Positions 57,601 through 64,000 of a DNA stretch of 64,000 nucleotides are shown here, piece by piece. Source of the DNA: Stylophora pistillata (Eukaryota); NCBI RefSeq assembly GCF_002571385.2, contig NW_019217975.1, positions 20,255 to 84,254 of the forward strand, given 5' to 3'. The notes under the pieces were generated by a model, which had not been told where the DNA came from, ran no database searches, and saw nothing but the letters and a program-made list of their open reading frames with translations. A program made the translations under genes and the position numbers. The first letter of the stretch is position 1. Every line of letters starts with the position of its first letter.

Positions 57601-59253
57601 GATTTTTGTATAGTTCGCTCAGTAGTGGTTGTGTTTCTATTAAATGCCAGTTTTTCATGAGAATTTGCTTTATATGTGGCACTGAGTACGCACATAAGGG
57701 ATTGCGTCTTTTTCGAATCGTTCGCCTTTGTAGATGTACAGCTATTTTTTTGACTGTCTCGATCGTTAAGTTGTCTTGATTGCTTTCAGCTTGCGTCACG
57801 CGCGCTGATTCGATCGTACTACAGTTCTTAGTGTTCAGTGTTCCAGCCGTTTTGGTTCGTTTTCTTTTCTTTATTTCGGTATTAAAACGACCGATTTCAC
57901 GTTCATAGAAGCTCATGATCGCCTTTACTGTTTCTTGCTCCGCGTGGTTAAGGATTTGCTTTATCTCAATTTTGAAATCCTCGTCTGCTCATATTTTGGC
58001 CCTCGCCCTATATTGTAGGGATTCTGGGCATGTTCTGCGAGGCATTTGGTACAGAGGGATATGGGCTCTGTCCTGGTGTACCGGTTCACAAGGGAATTAC
58101 CATTGTTCTTTCTTTGTTTGGGAGTCATTGGTTAGCTGTTGTGTATTGTTCTTTCTTTGTTTAGAGTCATTGGTTAGCTGTTGTGTATTGTTCGGTGTTT
58201 TGTATCGGCTCTTGTGAACCGAGGTACCCGAGGACAGAACCGGGATTTGTTCGTTATCCTCAGACTTGCCGAGTAGATCATTTTCAGTGGCGGTGTCGTA
58301 TGAGGCTTCCATGTTTTCTTCATTCTCTGAATGCCATTGCTTTGGCTCGGGGCGTTTAGTAGCCCATCTACCCTTATAATGTCTTTCGACATTTTCTGTA
58401 GATGGTCAAGCAAGACCACGGTTTCGATCCTAATCTTGTGGATCTCGTCAGTTTCCGATTAACTAAGTAGACTGGTAGAGATTCGTTCTCGGTATCAGTC
58501 GGGAATTTTGCTCCCTCTCCGGGCGAACCTCTCGCAGATAGCCAAGATGCCGATGTGGCCGCCGATGAATAAGACGAGGGTGGCATTTCGCCCGAAATCC
58601 TCTTTATCGGCCTCCCAACATGCAAGCCACACTCCATGCTTTTACCCTTCTTTCACTGAAGTACACAACCAGTGACGTCACAGGGCTGTTTTGGCCGCGC
58701 CAAGATGGCCGCCAAGTTTGATCTCAGCCGGTCAACTTCGAATGGTTAAAAATGTACTTTCCGCTATGCGTTGGCCCAAAAAAAGTACACAGCGTTTGCA
58801 AATAACGTTCAAACTCTATTACATTGCAAAAATCTCGGATATGAAAATTACGTTTCAGTAGCACTTTAATTACAAATATATACCACGAGGTCTATGCTAC
58901 ATGTTTATAAAACGCATGACCCACCTTGACAAAAACGAAGAACTGATGGTCGCTTCCTCCGTCTTCACGTACATCGTGCCACTCCGATCGTTCGTTTCCA
59001 TGGCGACCCCAGCTTGAAGACGCTGCTTGTCCGCCCGTCTTATGAGCTGGTCAGCGTTTGGTCCCACCATATATCCGGGAATGTTGTAATAAGCGAGAAA
59101 CTGAGATTCCTCCAGAGTGTGTACCATGGCGACTGCTTCTCTTTTAAGTTGGTTCAAGTCTGTGGCGCAAACTTCACATTGATCGTTTTTCCATGACTTC
59201 ATCTGAGTCTCTGGAATTCGGATCTGGTCGAAGATTCTTGCAGAAAGAGAGCC
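39642..59253 (-). CDS. KIF26: Kinesin-like protein KIF26 (kinesin-11), about 17 exons visible, 5' exon(s) not located. Includes exons 58925-59253, ~52700-52934, motor exons ~49338-52607, a large exon 42944-46053 and last exon 39642-39790.
   Basis: FDQIRIP...[128 protein letters not shown]-terminal MMVTSFD; all recalled KIF26A/B blocks. Confidence 0.92.
48990..49150 (+). repeat. tRNA-derived SINE-like repeat
   Basis: TAGCTCAATTGGTAGAGC A-box and GGTTCGAATCCC B-box with a poor cloverleaf and a SINE-like tail; preceded by a 13-bp x3 tandem (gcacaacgctaac). Confidence 0.65.
53085..53355. repeat. Interspersed repeat in KIF26 intron
   Basis: gattggtt...gacgcatagatgacgt...aacatggaat.tatttgttaaa pattern recalled as a common cnidarian repeat. 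Confidence 0.35.
54500..54680. mobile_element. piggyBac-like MITE copy (truncated)
   Basis: Similar to 26501-26712 (atctaatttctccttacaatatcacc..tgaatca). Confidence 0.6.
57132..58865. mobile_element. Non-autonomous Kolobok-like DNA transposon
   Basis: TTAA|AGTGCTACTGAAACG...CGTTTCAGTAGCACT|TTAA (purine-purine start, TTAA TSD); inner inverted repeat tgacgtcactggttgtgt (57319) / acacaaccagtgacgtca (58663). Confidence 0.78.
57486..58100 (-). mobile_element. Internally deleted Penelope-like retroelement fragment inside the Kolobok-like element
   Basis: C-terminal [45 protein letters not shown] fused to an N-terminal YRARAKI*ADEDFK.EIK...AEQE.VKA segment with no RT core; family call from recall. 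Confidence 0.6.
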
Positions 59254-59344
59254 CTGTAGTGTAATCAGGATGAAGGATTCTAAGTGATTTTACAAGAAGT
59301 ACACTAAGTTGTAGACCCTAGAATCACAAATTTTAATCGATGGC

Positions 59345-59531
59345 TTAATCACACCTTAACATCAGTATGCATATTCTCCATACTGTTCTCTATACATTTC
59401 TTACAAGGAGAATTTGTTTGACAATCAAGAGCTTCTTTAGTTAGGGACCATTTTCTTTATTCTCGTGGCCTTAATTTGTGATACTGTAAAGGGAAATCGC
59501 GTGCTAGGTACTCTGCGGGGTCAATGGGCTA
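59345..59531. mobile_element. piggyBac-like MITE copy (inverted)
   Basis: aacatcagtatgcatattctccatactgttctc is the reverse complement of 26665-26695. Confidence 0.6.
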
Positions 59532-60778
59532 AAACAAACTGTAACCGATGGAAAATAATATCCACGGGCTCGAGAGAGACCGGAGGGGATACCCAAGTCC
59601 CGTGTTCCCATCACACTTCATCGCTTATCCTCCACATCCAGTCATGATATTCTCTCCTAATTCCCCGTCTCGGCTGTGCTATTTTGGTTTGATTCATCGT
59701 TCGGGCCATATTACATCTCTCGAGTTCTCCGTATCGGCTAAGATACATCACCTAAATTCCCTGTACGGGCCGTGGTACATCTCTCGAGTTCCTTGTCTCG
59801 GCCAGTATACATATCCTAAATGACACGTTTAGGCCATGATGTATTCCCCCCAGTTCCCCGGCCTGTCTCGGCTACGCTTCATTCTCCGAGTTTCCTTATG
59901 GGCCATTCCACACTCCCCCACCCTCACCCCGACTGAGAAATCCCTGTCCCTATCTTTTATAAGTAGCATCCATTTGGATACTGTGAGCTAAAGAACACTC
60001 CTTGCTAAAGAATACTCCTTGCGGGAAAGACTGTCTACCAAGTTAGCAATTCAACCTCTAGCCTTTCTCCTCCAGGGTTTAGATGCAAACTCTCTCTTGT
60101 GATAACGAAATATTTCATCGTTGACGAGCTGTAAGAATGAACTAATGTTGCATCGTGTTATATCACCATTTTCGACACTTATCTGCTTGGCAGAGCCTTA
60201 ACATCCTACGTAAAACTTACAAACTTGTCTTTCCTGCGAGTCAAATGGTTGGCAAAGTTACCAAGCGCCTTGGCGAACAATCAGTGCCGTATGATTTTTC
60301 CTGTTTTGGCCTCGTGACATGCATTTTAAGCAGCTGCCCAAGGAACGTAACTTACAACCTCCTTAAAAGCAATCTTCCGTAAAAGCTTTTAGCAGTATAA
60401 TCACATTTAATGCACCCTGGGTAGCTAACATCTTCCGCTCCCTGAATAGAAATTGCCAAAGGTTTCTATTTTTCGCTTAGTTCTCCGCACTAAAGACTTG
60501 CATCGTCATGGCGTTCAATTAACATCGAACTACGTCAATGTGATGCAAGTGGAAAACTATGATCATGAGTTTCTTAGCTATCCTCTTCGAAATTGCTTGT
60601 GAAATTGTTAGTTTTAAACTTGGCAGATAGGTTAAAGAATGTTTTTTGCTTTTACTGGTTTTACTCAGAAAATGAACTCAAAATGCTAGCGATACAAGTC
60701 GTCTATAAGATTCGTAACATTAGTTGCTGCATAAGTTCATTCCGGAAATGGTTGTGAAATTACTCACTACAAGCTTTT

Positions 60779-60945
60779 CAAAATGCTTAATCATGGCATT
60801 CTGCATTTATTGGTATTCCGTAAGAAAGTATTACTCAAAATGCTTAATCAGGGCATTCTGCATTTATTGGTATTCCGTGAGAAAGTAGTACTCAAAATGC
60901 TTAATCATGGCATTCTGCATTTATTGGTATTTCGTAAGAAAGTAT
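60779..60945. repeat. 57-bp tandem repeat x3
   Basis: caaaatgcttaatcatggcattctgcatttattggtattccgtaagaaagta.. repeated three times. Confidence 0.9.
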
Positions 60946-63900
60946 CATTTGTAAAAGCTAGCGTTGAAAAATTAGTGTTTTACAATTACATCAGTTCCCG
61001 CGATGTTTTTTTTTTTCAATCATGATTCTCATGTCAGAATATATCAATTCAAGTTAATTGTCTTTTTCGCTGGTAATTTGGTAACTGTATAAATTTGTTA
61101 ACAGAATTTGAAAATGAGCTGGACCAAGAATCTAATACAAATATGTTGCCATTGAGTGGTGTATCGATCAATATTTCATCTTCACTTTAGACTTCAAAGG
61201 AAACTTTGGAAATAAAATGCATCGCTTTCCTCATTCACATTGTTCTGAACGACTTTATGTGCTGCTGAAATTGTGCTCTTGAGGTGGTCAATCAGGATAC
61301 AGTTCTGTATTTTAGACTACCCCAAACGCTGGAGACATGAAACGCCTGTTCAAACTCGAACAACGAACAACGAACAAGTTTAGAGCTGATTTCAAAAATA
61401 CCTTCGATTACTTAAGCTGGCGCTGTTGTCTACAACAACATAAATGCAAATAAATCTATACTGCAAAACAAAAAAAGTCTTTAAAATTTAGAAGTGGATA
61501 ATTGATAAAGGCGGGAAGGTAAAGTTATTGATGACAAGCGAAGCTATTCAACCTGAAATCAACTTTCCATTCGAAAAATTCGTCATAACCCAATGTTTTA
61601 TCTGACACTGAAATTTATCGAATGGGAATGTGATATCGATGGGGTAGGAATCGGTATTGCACGCTCTGAAAGGCAATATCAAATGATGTATTTCAGGCAC
61701 AGAGTATGTTATTTTCGTCAGCAACATCGCGTGACATTACAAACGAGTAGGCTAATATAATTGGTTTGTGTGGATACAACTGTTATGGTTTCGCTTCAAA
61801 CCGGAAATAACAGGACGAAAGTTCAAGCGAGAGAAGTGTGCAAAAAACATCAATCATGCGTATAGATGACAATATAGTATGGAGCTCTACATTTCGAAAC
61901 TTGCACATTCCTTCGGTAAAAAAAGCCATGAGTATTGGAAGCTTTTTCAAGGACCTTTTTTTGCACCATCCAGGCTCAATATCAAATTGAAAACTCTTTA
62001 GCAGTTGTTTAAAAAATGCATTTTGGCGAGGGCAAAGTTTTTCAATTTTTTTGTACTCTTGTAAAGCAATTTTTAAGTTAGTGAAAGTCAAACCTCTTTG
62101 AATCCAAAGCGAAAGCTCGGAAAGTTTCTGCGTTGGTGCATACTTCAGCTTTGAACATTTCTACTTTCACAAACCTTAAAAATTAATTATTCGAATATCA
62201 ACTTACAAAAAAAAAAGAGAAGACCAGTCCGGTTTCACATCTACATACGTCTGTTTCGATAATTTTCTGTCGAAGAATATATTCGAGTGTGTCATTCACA
62301 GACTTATAATATTAAAATCACCCTGTATAAAGCAATAAAGAGTACCGCTCAAAAGTAATGCTTTCATCAAAACTTTGTAACACCCGATTATTAGAACCAC
62401 TTTCAGCGCAGCATAAGAAATTGCTGTTAAGTTAATACCTAAATATGGTAAAACATTGGATCTTGAATCTTTACCACCAAGATCTGAGACCACAGCTGAA
62501 AATAAATTGATATTTAACCATTGTAACATTTCAAATCTTTAGATTCGAACTGGCATGCAGTTAAACGACATAAAACACGAACTCACTCTTCACTTTTACA
62601 GCGAACATTTTGCAGGTATTCAAAGCATCATGCTTTTGTTTCGCCCAAGTTACAACATACCAGAGCTACTTAAGGCTATGATAGCACTGGGGAAAAAAAG
62701 TTCAATATACTAAGATTTTTCTTGGACATACCTTTTTCCATTTTCGACTTCTACCTATTTGTGAAATCCCAATGCGCTCCATGTCCTAAAAAGTTATAAA
62801 GATACTAAGATTGATGCGTCGTACGTTTTTGTACCCACGTTTTAGTACGTACGCCTCACGGCGCGCTTATACATCCAGTGATCTTCATGCTCTATTTAAC
62901 AGCGAAGCAATGAATCGCTTTATTCAAGTACTAATGTCATACAAAGTAAATTAATCACCTTTTTTCAACGGGGTGTCAAAGAACTACTTTGTCTATTAAA
63001 TTAAGGGCGACCTGACTCAAATCCTACTACGTGCCATAGACAACGCTGGCACGACGCTCCGCCTTTTTAGCATCAGGAAACATCGATGTGCTTTGTAAAC
63101 TTTCCGGGTTCAGTCTTTGAAGCTCAGATATGGATTGTGGGCGTGTTTAAACATCCCACCACTTCATTGACTGATCTAAACATTTATAGATGACGTAAAT
63201 AAAGAAAACTGCTTTTGTATGTGAAAAGTAAGACAATTCCCTTGAAGGGACCTGGTGCCAGAATATTCCCTGATGCACATCACACGTGCAGATTTAACAG
63301 TTTACGGTGACCAAAAAATAATATTTTGCTGTCTTAGCTTTATCTCCATTTTATGGCCGTGTACTTATAGAAGTATCTCCTTGGCTTAGGTGACAAAAGA
63401 ATTCTCCAGAAGTGAGGTTTTTCTTCGTTTTAGGTAACCGGAATCGTCTCGAACTGGGTATTATGTGTTCCAACGTCACACTCTAAGTTAGGATGTTTAC
63501 CAAACGACGTTTTCTTTCGTTGTTTGTAAACATGAACTCGCTCTTCCGAGATTTCACGTAAAAACCGCAGCCTCAACGCGACTATAGCTTTATTTCCGTT
63601 CCTTTATTCGCTTAGACACAAAAAAATGTCGTCAAAGTGCAGCCGCCAACGAAAAAGTTGCGAAACGTACTCGAGCGTAGACAATACACCGTTTTATATA
63701 AACAAGCACGCGTTCAAATAAAACGCTTTACACATTAAGTAAATCTACCTCTAAACAAGCCTTAGACATAAACATGAGAGGGAATGCTTCCTTTTTGAGT
63801 TGCTAGTAAATTTGATTTAAAACATAACAAGTTACCTGAGTTGAAGGGGTCACTTAGTAAAGTTCTCGCCCAATCTAGATGACTAAATAAAATTCACGTA

Positions 63901-64000
63901 TTGCATAATATCTTGAAGTGGTTGCCTCAATCTGAATGATAACGACTTTTGAGACTTGCCAAGAGCTCGCGTTTTACCTATCCTTAACTTGTACGCTCTG

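Noticed and set aside
59254-64000. Upstream KIF26 exons or another gene
   Set aside because: No convincing coding exon recognised; probably intron or intergenic sequence. The 60783-61025 ORF derives from a 57-bp tandem repeat.

Overview
Eukaryotic (animal) genomic DNA with spliceosomal introns. The repeat families resemble those I recall from stony corals, so a cnidarian origin is inferred, not proven. 1-8.4 kb is a transposon graveyard: a Gypsy LTR remnant, LINE fragments, and a 1.86-kb foldback-like element splitting a LINE. 8.4-23.85 kb is the most interesting region, an apparent hotspot of Dada-type DNA transposons around a U6 snRNA gene. It holds a decayed spliced Dada-like transposase, three element 3' ends carrying a U6-mimicking CAGAGAAGA motif, a 173-bp miniature element in one of those ends, and a U6 3'-half joined to an element end at GCGCAA. 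A ~3.6-kb tandem duplication here leaves one intact U6 gene (23739-23846, -). Downstream lie a seemingly stand-alone MOCS1B/MoaC gene (+), an 8-exon divergent beta-tubulin (+) with a tRNA-His in its last intron, and a large KIF26-like kinesin-11 gene (-, 5' end not located) whose long intron carries a Kolobok-like element with a deleted Penelope-like insert. Family assignments come from recalled motifs, not database searches.
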